The notes under the pieces: model-generated
Databases searched by the model: none
Seen by the model: the letters and a program-made list of their open reading frames with translations, nothing else
Told to the model about the DNA's origin: nothing
Part shown: piece after piece, positions 1-9,475 of the stretch
Numbering within the stretch: position 1 is the first letter of the stretch
Layout: each line of letters starts with the position of its first letter
DNA from: an uncultured Thermoplasmata archaeon
Lineage (GTDB): Archaea; Thermoplasmatota; Thermoplasmata; RBG-16-68-12
Length of the DNA stretch: 64,000 nucleotides
Direction: 5' to 3'
NCBI GenBank assembly: GCA_963768855.1
Contig: CAVYJM010000006.1
Location: forward strand, 896,001 to 960,000
Translations under genes and position numbers: made by a program

Positions 1-709
1 GGGCTCCGATCGTCGTCCCGAAGCGGGTCGTCGAACGCGCGAGGTATTCGTCGAGGAGGTCGTCCATCTCCAAGAACTCCTCCGAACCCGCCCGGTGGGT
101 CCCCGCGATCGTCTTCCGCCCCACCAGGTCGTAGACGTTGCCCACACAGTTCGTGACCACCACCGCGCCGAGGGTCCAGGAGCCGATTCTCGCGCTGCTG
201 CTGCCGAGCCCACCCTTCGTCCCCTTCAGTCCGCGCGCGTCGAAGAACGGGCCCACCGTCGCGCCGGTGCCCGCGCCCACGGTCCCCTGCCGCACCGGCC
301 TGGAGGTCGCCGCACGGCATGCGCGGTAGCCGAGGTCGACATAGTCCCGCCCCTCGAGCGGGCCGAAGTGGACGTCGTAGATGTTCGTGCCCATGATCGC
401 GGGCATCTTCCCGCCGCCCCGAGGCTTCGCGAGCCCCTTCTCCAGGAGGTATCGGCGGATCCCGATCGAAGCGTCGTACCCGTAGATGTCCCCTCCCGTG
501 AGGAAGAGGGCATGACGGTCGATGAACGTCTTCCCCAGGTCCGACGCCGCGGTGTCGAAGCTGCCGGGCCAGCCGCCGCGGGTGTCCGCGAAGGCCATCG
601 CCGGAGGATCGATCAGGACGACCGTGGTCCCGCTTCGGACGGCGAGGTCCTGCGCATGCCCGACGCGAACACCTCGAAGGGCCGTGAGGGTGCGGTTCGT
701 GGAAGGCAT
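1..709 (-). CDS. P1/DmpA family peptidase (S58), runs off the window edge
   Basis: Hand translation from ATG 709: MPSTNRTLTALRGVRVGHA...GTVGAGTGATVG...GAVVVTNCVGNV...GTTIGA; absent from the ORF track because there is no stop in the window. Confidence 0.85.
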   Translation of the reverse strand, partial: MPSTNRTLTALRGVRVGHAQDLAVRSGTTVVLIDPPAMAFADTRGGWPGSFDTAASDLGKTFIDRHALFLTGGDIYGYDASIGIRRYLLEKGLAKPRGGGKMPAIMGTNIYDVHFGPLEGRDYVDLGYRACRAATSRPVRQGTVGAGTGATVGPFFDARGLKGTKGGLGSSSARIGSWTLGAVVVTNCVGNVYDLVGRKTIAGTHRAGSEEFLEMDDLLDEYLARSTTRFGTTIGA

Positions 710-770
710 GAAGTTCAACCCCGGAGCGGCGCCGGAACGCCCTCGTCCCTTAAAGAACCGACGCGTGTCC

Positions 771-1955
771 CTAGGCGGGAGTCTCATCGATTTGGAAGGT
801 CACGCCGCGGGCCTCGAGCTCCGGCAGGACGACGTCGAGGGGAAGTTCCTCCGCCGCGAGGACGCCCGTGCGCGGGATCTTCTTCCCAATCACGATCGCC
901 GCCGCCGAGGCGACCGCGACGGCCGTGAGGAAGCGCTCCGCGGTCGTTCCGCGCCGCCGGTTCGCCTCGCGGTGGTCGATCACGATGGATGCCCGGATGC
1001 GCGCCCGGGAGCCGTCCGGCTTCACGCCGATCGCCTCGGCGACGATGGCCATGGATCCTGCGATGGGGTGGATCAGGGTCGAGGGCTCCGGGAACGTCGA
1101 GAGGAACGCGTCCCGGAAGGTGGTCTGGCCGCTCCCGATCTGGATGCGTTTCTCCTCGCGGAGCAGGCCGAGGGAGTCGAGCGAGACGATCGCCCGGATC
1201 AGCTCCGGGTTGATGTCGTGCTTGTAGACGACCTTCCCCACGGGCCGTCCGAGGCGGAACGGGAGGGTGAGGACCTCTTCATGATAGAACTGGTACAGAT
1301 GTCGCTTCCCGACCGGCGCGGGGAACTCGTAGTCCTCCTCGCCGCTGACGAAGGGTTGGGGCGTGATTTGGCCACCTTCCCACACCGAAGGCGGGGAGAG
1401 CGCATCGCGGAGGAACACGGCGCGGGAGTAGAGCGGATACCCTTCGACCTCGCCCGTCCCTGCGGCGGCCTTCAGGATTCGGATCTCCTCCACGGTCTGC
1501 AGGCGGTCCGCCGCGGCGCGCGCCATCACGTTGGAGAGGCCGGGGTCCGATCCCATCGAGACGACCGCGGTCCGCCCCTTCGCCCGCCAGGCGGCATCCT
1601 GGTCCAGCTGGGCGAGGACGCCGGGCCGTTCCCCCGGCGCCACGGGACTCAGCCCCCAGGAGTCGATGTAGGAGCATCCCGCCTCGAGGCACGCCGCCAT
1701 GACCGGGAGGTTGAAGTCCGGGAGGGTCGCGTTGACCGCGACATCGACGCCCGCCAGGGCGTCGCGGAGAGGGCCCGGTTGGGTCACATCGACCTGCAGG
1801 GGACGGACCGTCGTCGTGCGGCCGATGGACTTGAGCGCCTTCGAGCGGTCCCCGCGCTTGTCCGCAAGGACGAGCTCCGTGACGCGGGCGTCGGAGGCGA
1901 GCTCGAGCGCCAGAATCCGGCCCAGCCCCCCGATCCCGAGGACAGCGACCTTCAC
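771..1955 (-). CDS. Saccharopine dehydrogenase family NAD(P)-dependent oxidoreductase
   Basis: N-terminal GxGxxG (VLGIGGLG), DVAVNAT, YIDS, GSDPGLSN motifs. Confidence 0.85.
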   Translation of the reverse strand: MKVAVLGIGGLGRILALELASDARVTELVLADKRGDRSKALKSIGRTTTVRPLQVDVTQPGPLRDALAGVDVAVNATLPDFNLPVMAACLEAGCSYIDSWGLSPVAPGERPGVLAQLDQDAAWRAKGRTAVVSMGSDPGLSNVMARAAADRLQTVEEIRILKAAAGTGEVEGYPLYSRAVFLRDALSPPSVWEGGQITPQPFVSGEEDYEFPAPVGKRHLYQFYHEEVLTLPFRLGRPVGKVVYKHDINPELIRAIVSLDSLGLLREEKRIQIGSGQTTFRDAFLSTFPEPSTLIHPIAGSMAIVAEAIGVKPDGSRARIRASIVIDHREANRRRGTTAERFLTAVAVASAAAIVIGKKIPRTGVLAAEELPLDVVLPELEARGVTFQIDETPA

Positions 1956-2159
1956 GTCCGGTTCGAGGGGACGTGGCGCGGCTTCAATCTTTGCCCGCGA
2001 ATGTCCATTGGCGCGGGTCAGGGGAGCGGCCTGCCCCGCGCAGGAAGGCGGCTATGATTCTGCCGCATGCGAATGGCCTCGCAAGGACTTTATATCAACG
2101 AGACTCGATGAATCCCAAGGCCGGCATCCCCCCGCACCTCCGGCCGGAGTGAGGCTCGC

Positions 2160-4298
2160 ATGGTCGCGAAGGCGATCCCCGTCAATGGGAATGCGCATCC
2201 CCGCCTGGCCCGGGAGGTCCTCGTCATCGATGCGAACGAGGACCATCAGACCCTCAGCGCGCTCGCCCTGGGGCGTCGCGGGTTCAAGGTGACCGCGGTC
2301 GCGTCCGGGACGGAGGGGCTCCGGCTCGCGCTCTCCCAACCTTTCGATGCGATTGTCCTCGACCACAAGGTGCGCGATGTCGCGGCGTTCGAGGTCCTCC
2401 AGAGCCTCGTGCGGCGGCTGCCGCAGACGCCGAAGATCTTCGTGGTGGCCGCCGGGACCGAGGATCAGGCCGTCAAGGCGATGAGCGCGGGCGCGACCGG
2501 GTACCTCGTGAAGACCGCGCGGTACAACGAGGTCCTCGCGGTCGAGGTCGAGGACCAGATCGAGAAGGCGCGGACGAAGGCTCGCCTGGTCGAGCAGAGC
2601 CGGGCGCTCGAGCAGGGCGTGGCGGAACGCGAGAAGGCCGAGGAGGCGCTCCGGGCCTTCGAGGACCGCGTGGGCGTGATGAGCGAGCAGGCTCCCTTCA
2701 TCCTGTGGACTATGGACACGGACTTGCACTTCACCTCCTCGGTGGGCTCCGGACTCCAGAGCATCGGCCTGAGGCCGAACGAGGTCACGGGCCAGACCCT
2801 CCAGGAATTCGCGCGGAGCGACGATCCCGACCTCCCGCTCATCGCAGCGCACCGGCGCGCCTTGGCGGGAGAGACCGCGCGGTTCGAGCAGGAATGGGAG
2901 GGACGGGTCTTCGACGTTCATGTCGAACCGCTGCGGAAGAAGGGCGGCCCGATTCTCGGCGTATTCGGCGTCGCCCTGGATGTCACGGAGCGGGTGCGGG
3001 CGGAGCGGATCCAGTCCGCTCTCTTCCGGATCTCGCAGGCCGCGTCAAGCGCGGAGAGCCTGGAGGACGTCCTCCGTTCGATCCACGCGATCGTGGGCGA
3101 GCTCATGCCCGCAAGGAACTTCTACGTCGCCCTTCACAATCCTGATGCGAACACGCTCACCTTCCCATACTTCGTCGACGAGGCGGAGAACCCGCCGGGG
3201 CCCCAGCCGGTCGGGCGCGGCCTGACGGAGTATGTCCTGCGGACCGGGAAACCCCTCCTCGCGTCGCCCGATGTCTTCCAGAACCTCTTGGATACGGGCG
3301 AGGTGGAGCTGCTCGGTCCGCCCTCGATCGACTGGCTCGGCGTCCCGCTCATTGTGAAAGACCGCGTCTTCGGAGTCCTCGTCGTCCAGAGCTACACGGA
3401 AGGCGTCCGATACACGGAGGAAGAGCGGGACCTCCTGCGGTTCGTGTGCGCTCAGATCGCGATGGTGGTCGACCGCAAGCGCGCGGAGGACAGCGTCCGG
3501 CAGAGCGAACGCGCCCTGTCGACGATGCTGAGCCATCTCCCCGGCGTCGCGTACCGCACCCGGTACGACGAGGCCTGGACGAACGAGTTCGTGAGCGAGG
3601 GGTGCTTCGAGATCCTCGGATACCGTCCGGAGGACCTGCAGGGGAACCGGAAGGTCTCGGGGCGGGACCTGATCCACCCGGACGACCGTCGCTGGGTGCA
3701 ACAGGAGACGGAGGTCGCCGTCGAGGAGCATCGGCCCTACCGGATCCACTACCGCATCCGCACGGCGACCGGAGAGGAGAAGTGGGTCTGGGACCAGGGT
3801 CACGCGATCTACGGGCCGGACGGGAAGGTCGTGGCCCTCGAGGGCCTCGTGACCGACGTGACGGAGTGGAAGGCGGTCGTGGACGGCCTCCGGAACATGG
3901 GCATCTTCCGTGCACTCTTCGATTCCGCGAACGACCCGATTCTCCTCATCGATCGCAAAGGGTGCGTCTTCGACGCGAACCCCATGGCGGAGGCTCTCCT
4001 CGCGAAGGAACGGGGCCTCCTCCTCGGCAAGCCCGTCGAGGAGTTCGTGTGGTCCGAGCCCCTGGGGACGTTCCGCCGCCATCTCGAGGACCTGTTCGAG
4101 GATCGGATCCGGGAGGACTCGTGGGACGCGACGCTGCGCGGGCCGCCAAACACGCGCCGTCGGGTGCACCTCCACGCGCGCATGGTCCGCGAGGCCGGTG
4201 CGGACCCGCTCGCGGAGCTCAGCCTTCGGGACGCGGAGCCCGGAGCGGGTCCCGGGACCCGGGCCGCGGTGGGCCGGATCGGTCCGCCCAGGGCGTGA
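2160..4298 (+). CDS. REC-PAS-GAF-PAS-PAS signalling protein without a recognisable output domain
   Basis: Receiver motifs (IVLD, GATGYLVK), PAS/PAC motifs, GAF (WLGVPL...GVLVVQSY), PAS_3 (IHPDD...GEEKWVWD). Confidence 0.85.
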   Translation: MVAKAIPVNGNAHPRLAREVLVIDANEDHQTLSALALGRRGFKVTAVASGTEGLRLALSQPFDAIVLDHKVRDVAAFEVLQSLVRRLPQTPKIFVVAAGTEDQAVKAMSAGATGYLVKTARYNEVLAVEVEDQIEKARTKARLVEQSRALEQGVAEREKAEEALRAFEDRVGVMSEQAPFILWTMDTDLHFTSSVGSGLQSIGLRPNEVTGQTLQEFARSDDPDLPLIAAHRRALAGETARFEQEWEGRVFDVHVEPLRKKGGPILGVFGVALDVTERVRAERIQSALFRISQAASSAESLEDVLRSIHAIVGELMPARNFYVALHNPDANTLTFPYFVDEAENPPGPQPVGRGLTEYVLRTGKPLLASPDVFQNLLDTGEVELLGPPSIDWLGVPLIVKDRVFGVLVVQSYTEGVRYTEEERDLLRFVCAQIAMVVDRKRAEDSVRQSERALSTMLSHLPGVAYRTRYDEAWTNEFVSEGCFEILGYRPEDLQGNRKVSGRDLIHPDDRRWVQQETEVAVEEHRPYRIHYRIRTATGEEKWVWDQGHAIYGPDGKVVALEGLVTDVTEWKAVVDGLRNMGIFRALFDSANDPILLIDRKGCVFDANPMAEALLAKERGLLLGKPVEEFVWSEPLGTFRRHLEDLFEDRIREDSWDATLRGPPNTRRRVHLHARMVREAGADPLAELSLRDAEPGAGPGTRAAVGRIGPPRA

Positions 4299-4332
4299 GG
4301 TTTATCAACCGGGGGCCATTCCGGCGCATCGG

Positions 4333-4518
4333 ATGAAGCCCAACCACCCCGAGCTGTGCCCGAAGTGCGGGAAGCCCACCTTCAACTGGTACTACCTCGC
4401 GGTCCGCATCTACATCCATTGCGAGCACTGCGGATACGAGGAGCGCGGGATCAGCAACACCCCGCTGTCCGGCGTCCAGGTGAGCAGCGACAGCCGCACC
4501 CCCGCCGCGAGGAGCTGA
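4333..4518 (+). CDS. CPxCG-type zinc-finger microprotein (61 aa)
   Basis: MKPNHPELCPKCG...CEHCG; host-like codon usage. Confidence 0.7.
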   Translation: MKPNHPELCPKCGKPTFNWYYLAVRIYIHCEHCGYEERGISNTPLSGVQVSSDSRTPAARS

Positions 4519-4523
4519 GGTGG

Positions 4524-4964
4524 ATGCCCGAGGGGACTGTCGTCTTCGACGTGGCCGTGCCGGTCGACCGAGCCTGGACATTCTTGAGCGACATGAGGAA
4601 GGTCGGTACCTGCGTTCCCGGCGTCGAGGCCATCGAGGTCGTGGACGTGCGACACGCGAAGTGGACGCTGAAGGTCAAGATCGGGCCGCTCTCCCAGACG
4701 GTCCACGTCGACACGGAGACCCTCGAGCAGATCATCCCGTCGCGGGCCCGCTTCCGTGGGGTCGCGGACAACATGGAGATGCTCGGCACGATTGAGCTCG
4801 CCCCCGCGGGGGGTGCGACACACATCACCTACACGATGGTCGTGACCGCGAAGGGGCCGCTCGCGAGGATCATGGACAACTTCATGAAGTCGCGGCTCAA
4901 GCAGCAATCCGACGAGTTCGCGGCGAACGTGAAGAAAGCCCTGGAAGGCGGGGACGCGGCCTAA
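4524..4964 (+). CDS. CoxG/SRPBCC family protein
   Basis: AWTFLSD...CVPGVE...KVKIGP CoxG pattern; GAGGTG SD before the ATG. Confidence 0.8.
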   Translation: MPEGTVVFDVAVPVDRAWTFLSDMRKVGTCVPGVEAIEVVDVRHAKWTLKVKIGPLSQTVHVDTETLEQIIPSRARFRGVADNMEMLGTIELAPAGGATHITYTMVVTAKGPLARIMDNFMKSRLKQQSDEFAANVKKALEGGDAA

Positions 4965-5169
4965 CGGCATCCCTCCGCGCACAGCCCGACAGGACGAGCC
5001 GGTGGGGCGAAGGCCGTCGCGGGCTTGGTTCCTCGCCGCGCGCATGAGCGCGGGATGTCGGCCCGTTATCGACCTCGGCTCATTCTCTCGATTCCGTTCC
5101 ACAAGGCTTTTTGCCATCTCACGCCTACTTGTTGGAACCCCTGCACGGGTTGGGGAAGGAAGTCGGTTC

Positions 5170-6102
5170 ATGAAAGCCGTTCGAAGCCATTCGCGGGGAG
5201 GACCCGAGACGCTCGTGTACGAAGACGCCCCGGAGCCGCACGTCCAGACGGGCGATGCCCTCGTCCGGGTTCATGCGGCCGCCATCACGCCCACGGAGTT
5301 CACGTGGAACTCGACGTGGACGGGTGCAGACGGGAAGGACCGGCGTCCGATCGTGCCGAGCTTCGAGGTCTCCGGGACCGTGGAACGGGTGGCCGCTGGC
5401 GTGTCGGATGTGAAGAAAGGCGACGCGATCTACGGCTTGCTCAGTTTCTGGCGCGACGGTGCGGCGGCCGAGTACGTGGCGGTCCGCGCCGCCGACCTGG
5501 CTCCCAAGCCCGCGTCCCTCGATCATGTCCACGCGGCGGCCGTGCCGTTGTCGGGGCTCACCGCGTGGCAGGCCCTGTTCGACCATGCCCGGGTGGCGAA
5601 GGGAGACCGCGTCTTGGTTCACGGCGCGGCCGGCGGCGTCGGAACCTTCGCGATCCAGTTCGCGCACTGGCACGGGGCGCACGTGATCGGGACGGCTTCG
5701 AAGCGCAACGCGGAATTCCTCACGGACCTCGGAGCGGACGAGGTGCTCGACTATGCCTCGGTTCGCTTCGAGGATGCGGGCCGCGGCGTGGACGCGGTGA
5801 TCGACACGGTCGGTGGCGAGACCCTGGATCGCTCCTGGGGCGTGCCGCGCCCGGGCGGTGTCGTGGTCACGGTCGCGGGGGATGTTGCGGAAGCCGTTGC
5901 CGCGAAGCACGGTGTGCGCGGGGTGTCCATGCTCGTGCAACCGAACCGGTCCCAGCTCACTCAGATCGCCGGCCTGATTGACGCCGGGACGATTCGGCCG
6001 ATCGTCGAGGCGGTCCTTCCTCTGCCGCGGGCCCGCGAGGCGTACGAGCGCGGCCTCCGGGGGCACAACCGGGGAAAGCTTGTGTTGCAGGTCGTTCGTT
6101 GA
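5170..6102 (+). CDS. NADP-dependent quinone oxidoreductase (MDR family)
   Basis: LTAWQAL, VLVHGAAGGVG, GHNRGKLVL. Confidence 0.9.
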   Translation: MKAVRSHSRGGPETLVYEDAPEPHVQTGDALVRVHAAAITPTEFTWNSTWTGADGKDRRPIVPSFEVSGTVERVAAGVSDVKKGDAIYGLLSFWRDGAAAEYVAVRAADLAPKPASLDHVHAAAVPLSGLTAWQALFDHARVAKGDRVLVHGAAGGVGTFAIQFAHWHGAHVIGTASKRNAEFLTDLGADEVLDYASVRFEDAGRGVDAVIDTVGGETLDRSWGVPRPGGVVVTVAGDVAEAVAAKHGVRGVSMLVQPNRSQLTQIAGLIDAGTIRPIVEAVLPLPRAREAYERGLRGHNRGKLVLQVVR

Positions 6103-6241
6103 TCCAGGTCCGATGAGGGAGGCCGTCCCCAGGGAGATGGGTCCCGTGGCCAAGGGATTTGAGGGGGAACGAGTTGGGGTGGCCGCCGTCGCCCTGTGTC
6201 GATCGGACGGCCGGTGACCGGACGCGGTGAGGCGTGTCGCA

Positions 6242-7078
6242 ATGGCGAACCAGGCAGAGAAGGCCGAGGAATTCCGCAGGCTCCACCGGGGAAAGAAGCT
6301 GCTCATCCTTCCGAACGCATGGGACGTCCCGAGCGCCCGCGTGTTTGAGGAAGCGGGCTTCCCGGCCGTCGCGACCTCGAGCGCCGGGATGATGGTCTCG
6401 CTCGGCTACCCAGACGGGGAGGCCATCGACCGGAAGGAGTTCGCGTCGGCCATCAAGCGGATTGCCGGCGCCCTTTCCGTGCCGCTCAGCGCCGACGTCG
6501 TCTCCGGGTTCGGACCGACGCCTCGAGAGGTCGTCGCCACCGTGAAGGACGTGCTCCGGGCGGGCGCCATCGGGATCAACATCGAGGATTTCGACCACCG
6601 AACGGATCAGCTCGTTCCTGTCGAAACGCAGGTCGAGAAGCTCAAGGCTCTCCAGGCTCTGAGGGACTCGCAGGACGTCCATTTCGTGATCAACGCGCGC
6701 ACGGACGCGCTCCGGCAAGCGCCGGGAGACACGGCGGCGCGCCTGGAGGAAGCGATCCGCCGGGGAATCGCGTACCGGGATGTCGGAGTCGACTGCGTCT
6801 ATCCGATGGGCCTGACCGACGCGCCGTCCATCGCGACCTACGTGAGGGCATTGGACTTCCCGGTCAACGTGATGGTCCGGAGCGGACTGCCCCCCGTGCC
6901 GGAACTCGAGCGACTCGGGGTCGCGAGGCTCAGCCTCGGACCGACTCCCTCCTATGCGGCCCTGGGGCTGCTCCAGCGCGCATCTCGAGAGCTGCTTCAC
7001 CAGGGAACGTACGCGAGCTTGCTCGATGGGGCGATCACGTTCGAGGAGTTGAACCGGCTTGCGTCCCCGAGACGCTGA
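6242..7078 (+). CDS. Isocitrate lyase/PEP mutase family protein
   Basis: LPNAWDVPSA, VATSSAG, GINIED, INARTD. Confidence 0.9.
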   Translation: MANQAEKAEEFRRLHRGKKLLILPNAWDVPSARVFEEAGFPAVATSSAGMMVSLGYPDGEAIDRKEFASAIKRIAGALSVPLSADVVSGFGPTPREVVATVKDVLRAGAIGINIEDFDHRTDQLVPVETQVEKLKALQALRDSQDVHFVINARTDALRQAPGDTAARLEEAIRRGIAYRDVGVDCVYPMGLTDAPSIATYVRALDFPVNVMVRSGLPPVPELERLGVARLSLGPTPSYAALGLLQRASRELLHQGTYASLLDGAITFEELNRLASPRR

Positions 7079-7144
7079 CGATCTGCGGGAACCGTGCGTG
7101 CGTCGGGAGCGGGGAAACGCCCGAGGCCTCGGGGTCCCGCTGAC

Positions 7145-8113
7145 TCACGCGGCCGCGGGGAATTCGACCGGCTTGGCTTGGTCCGGATGCCGCATGGGGA
7201 ACTCCTTGATGTGGGCACCGTAGTAGGGAACGCGGTTCGCGACGACCCGGCGGAACGCGTCCCGCAGGCCGTCCAGGTCCAGACCGCGCGTCGGGATCAG
7301 GTCGTCGTTGCGGTTCAGGCAGCCCTTGAGCTCCCCCTTGTGCGTCACCCGGATGCGGTGGCAGTTCATGCAGAATTCCGCGTTGTACACGGGGTCGACC
7401 ACCTCGACCTCCGCGCCGTTGAAGAGGTAGATGTGACGGTGGTGCATCTCCCGCACGAGGACTTCGTCCGCGCGGGCCTCGAGCCACTTCTTCACGCCGT
7501 CGATGTCGACCATCCAGTCGTTGTGGTCCACGAGCTCGGGCATGAACTGGATGAGCTGGAGCTTGAGCCCCTCGCCGTGACCGATGTAGTCGATCATCGC
7601 GGGGATGTAGGGCAGGGTCTGGCGGAAGACGACCATGTTGAGCTTCACGGGCTTCAGGCCGACGCGGAGGGCCTCCTGGATTCCCAGCAGGACGGGGTGG
7701 AGGTCTCCTTTGCGGATCTCCTTGAATGCCTGTGGATCGAGCGAGTCCACCGAGACGTTCACCCGCTTGAGACCCGCGTCGCGCAACGCCTCCGCGCGCT
7801 TCGCCAGCATCGAGCCGTTCGTCGTCATTGAGACGTCGTCGATCTGCCGCACGGTGCGATCGACGATTTCCTCCATATCCAGGCGGACAAGCGGCTCACC
7901 GCCGGTGAACTTCACGGACCGGATGTCGGACTCGCGGGCCACGCGGACGATGCGCTCGACCTCGTCAGGGGTCATCTCCTCGTCGTGGGGGACGCGAGGC
8001 CGCAGGACCGGTCCGAGGCCCTCGTCATGGCAGTAGATGCAGCCGAAGTTGCAGCGCTTCGTGACGCTGATGCGTATGTCCGTGACCTCGCGTCCGAAAG
8101 CGTCGACGAGCAT
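7145..8113 (-). CDS. moaA: GTP 3',8-cyclase MoaA (radical SAM)
   Basis: MLVDAFGR...RISVTKRCNFGCIYC, FTGGEPL, C-terminal FCMNCHRIR...GCL; start chosen about 30 nt downstream of a CTATAAG TATA box. Confidence 0.9.
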   Translation of the reverse strand: MLVDAFGREVTDIRISVTKRCNFGCIYCHDEGLGPVLRPRVPHDEEMTPDEVERIVRVARESDIRSVKFTGGEPLVRLDMEEIVDRTVRQIDDVSMTTNGSMLAKRAEALRDAGLKRVNVSVDSLDPQAFKEIRKGDLHPVLLGIQEALRVGLKPVKLNMVVFRQTLPYIPAMIDYIGHGEGLKLQLIQFMPELVDHNDWMVDIDGVKKWLEARADEVLVREMHHRHIYLFNGAEVEVVDPVYNAEFCMNCHRIRVTHKGELKGCLNRNDDLIPTRGLDLDGLRDAFRRVVANRVPYYGAHIKEFPMRHPDQAKPVEFPAAA

Positions 8114-8345
8114 GTCGGTCGGAAGAGGCATTGTCCCGCCTTATAGTTGCGCGACCCTCGGAGCAGGCGTCTGGCGTCGTCATAGCTGCGCTGGCAGAAT
8201 TGGCTCGAGTCCTTCCCCCTGTCACGGTACACCACCCTTCGGCTGTCGTCGCACGGGTTCACAGGCAGGGACCCTGACCCCTCGCTTTGTGCTCCGGGTC
8301 GGACACGAATGTGGTAACCGTCGACCCTCGCGTCGGGCGAAGCAC

Positions 8346-8741
8346 TCAAGCTGTGAGCGGAGCTTCGACCCGGCGCTTCAGGTCATGCCGCGCGGCCCAC
8401 TCCGTGAGGCTCCGGAAGACGGGGGCGAGGGCGAGCGCCTTCTCCGTCGCGGCGTAGTCGACCCGGGGCGGGATCTCGTTGTACGCCGTACGGGTCACGA
8501 GTCCCGCATCGACAAGGTCGCGCAGGCGTTCGGAGAGTGTATTGGGGGAAATGCGGAGGCGCTCTTGGATGTCTACGAAGCGGTGGGGCGTCGGATCGGC
8601 GTGGAAGATGTGCAGGATGTCCAGCATATGCGCCTTTCCGAGGATCTGGAAAATCTCGGTGACTTGACATCCGCCCTGCCCGCCACTCGACGTCGTGCGG
8701 CGCTTGCGCGGCCGTCCCCCGTGCGGATGCTCGCTGGCCAC
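8346..8741 (-). CDS. HxlR/DUF24 (MarR-like) winged-helix regulator with N-terminal Cys
   Basis: CQVTEIFQILGK...RFVDIQ...ISPNTLSERLRDL...GLVTR...PPRVDY; start codon uncertain. Confidence 0.85.
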   Translation of the reverse strand: MASEHPHGGRPRKRRTTSSGGQGGCQVTEIFQILGKAHMLDILHIFHADPTPHRFVDIQERLRISPNTLSERLRDLVDAGLVTRTAYNEIPPRVDYAATEKALALAPVFRSLTEWAARHDLKRRVEAPLTA

Positions 8742-8746
8742 GCGCC

Positions 8747-8822
8747 TACTACGGAATCCGTAGTATAAATGCTTGCCACTCCGGAGTCCAGGAGTCGCTT
8801 CAATACTACGGAGTGGGAAGTA
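8747..8822. promoter_or_regulatory. Divergent hxlR/yceI promoter with two TACT-N11-AGTA boxes (candidate operator)
   Basis: Perfect palindrome TACTACGG-AAT-CCGTAGTA at 8747-8765; second box TACTACGGAGTGGGAAGTA at 8804-8822; both beside AT-rich TATA-like stretches. Confidence 0.6.
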
Positions 8823-8850
8823 TATCACTATCGAATGAATAGCGAGGCGC

Positions 8851-9438
8851 ATGGTGACTCAAACCTTCACCCCGAACGAACGCACTCCAGCCGAGACACC
8901 CACGACCACGGTGTGGCAGATCGACCCCGCCCATTCCTCCGCGGAGTTCGCGGTCCGCCACATGATGGTCTCCACCGTGAAGGGCTCCTTCAAAGTCCTC
9001 TCCGGCACTCTGACCGTTGACGAGTCGAACCCGGAGAACTCGAAGGTCGATGCGGAGATCGAGGCCTCGTCGATCGACACTGGCGTGCCGGACCGTGACG
9101 CCCACCTGCGCTCTCCGGACTTCTTCGATGTCGCTGCCCATCCGAGGCTCACGTTCCACAGCCAAGCGGTCCGAGCTCAGGGCAACGACAGCGGAACGCT
9201 CCACGGAGACCTCACGATCCATGGAGTGACGAGGCCCATCGCGTTCGACGTGAGCTACATCGGCGAGATCCGCGACCCGTGGGGCAAGCGCCGCCGCGGC
9301 TACTCCGCGGAGACGAGCTTGAACCGCAAGGACTTCGGGATGACCTGGAACCAAGTGCTCGACGCGGGCGGCGTCTTGGTCGGCGACAAGGTCAAGGTGA
9401 CCCTGAACATCGAGGCGGTCGAGAAGGCGAAGGCCTGA
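8851..9438 (+). CDS. YceI family protein
   Basis: WQIDPAHSSAEFAVRHMMVSTVKG, RDAHLRSPDFFD, DPWG...GYSA. Confidence 0.95.
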   Translation: MVTQTFTPNERTPAETPTTTVWQIDPAHSSAEFAVRHMMVSTVKGSFKVLSGTLTVDESNPENSKVDAEIEASSIDTGVPDRDAHLRSPDFFDVAAHPRLTFHSQAVRAQGNDSGTLHGDLTIHGVTRPIAFDVSYIGEIRDPWGKRRRGYSAETSLNRKDFGMTWNQVLDAGGVLVGDKVKVTLNIEAVEKAKA

Positions 9439-9475
9439 CCCGAACCGCCTCTCCTCTCTTTCTTCCGAACCCGTC

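Noticed and set aside
8150-8345. Possible Moco riboswitch upstream of moaA (CTCCGAG seen on the minus strand)
   Set aside because: It lies upstream of the TATA box of an apparently leaderless gene, and the rest of the motif is absent
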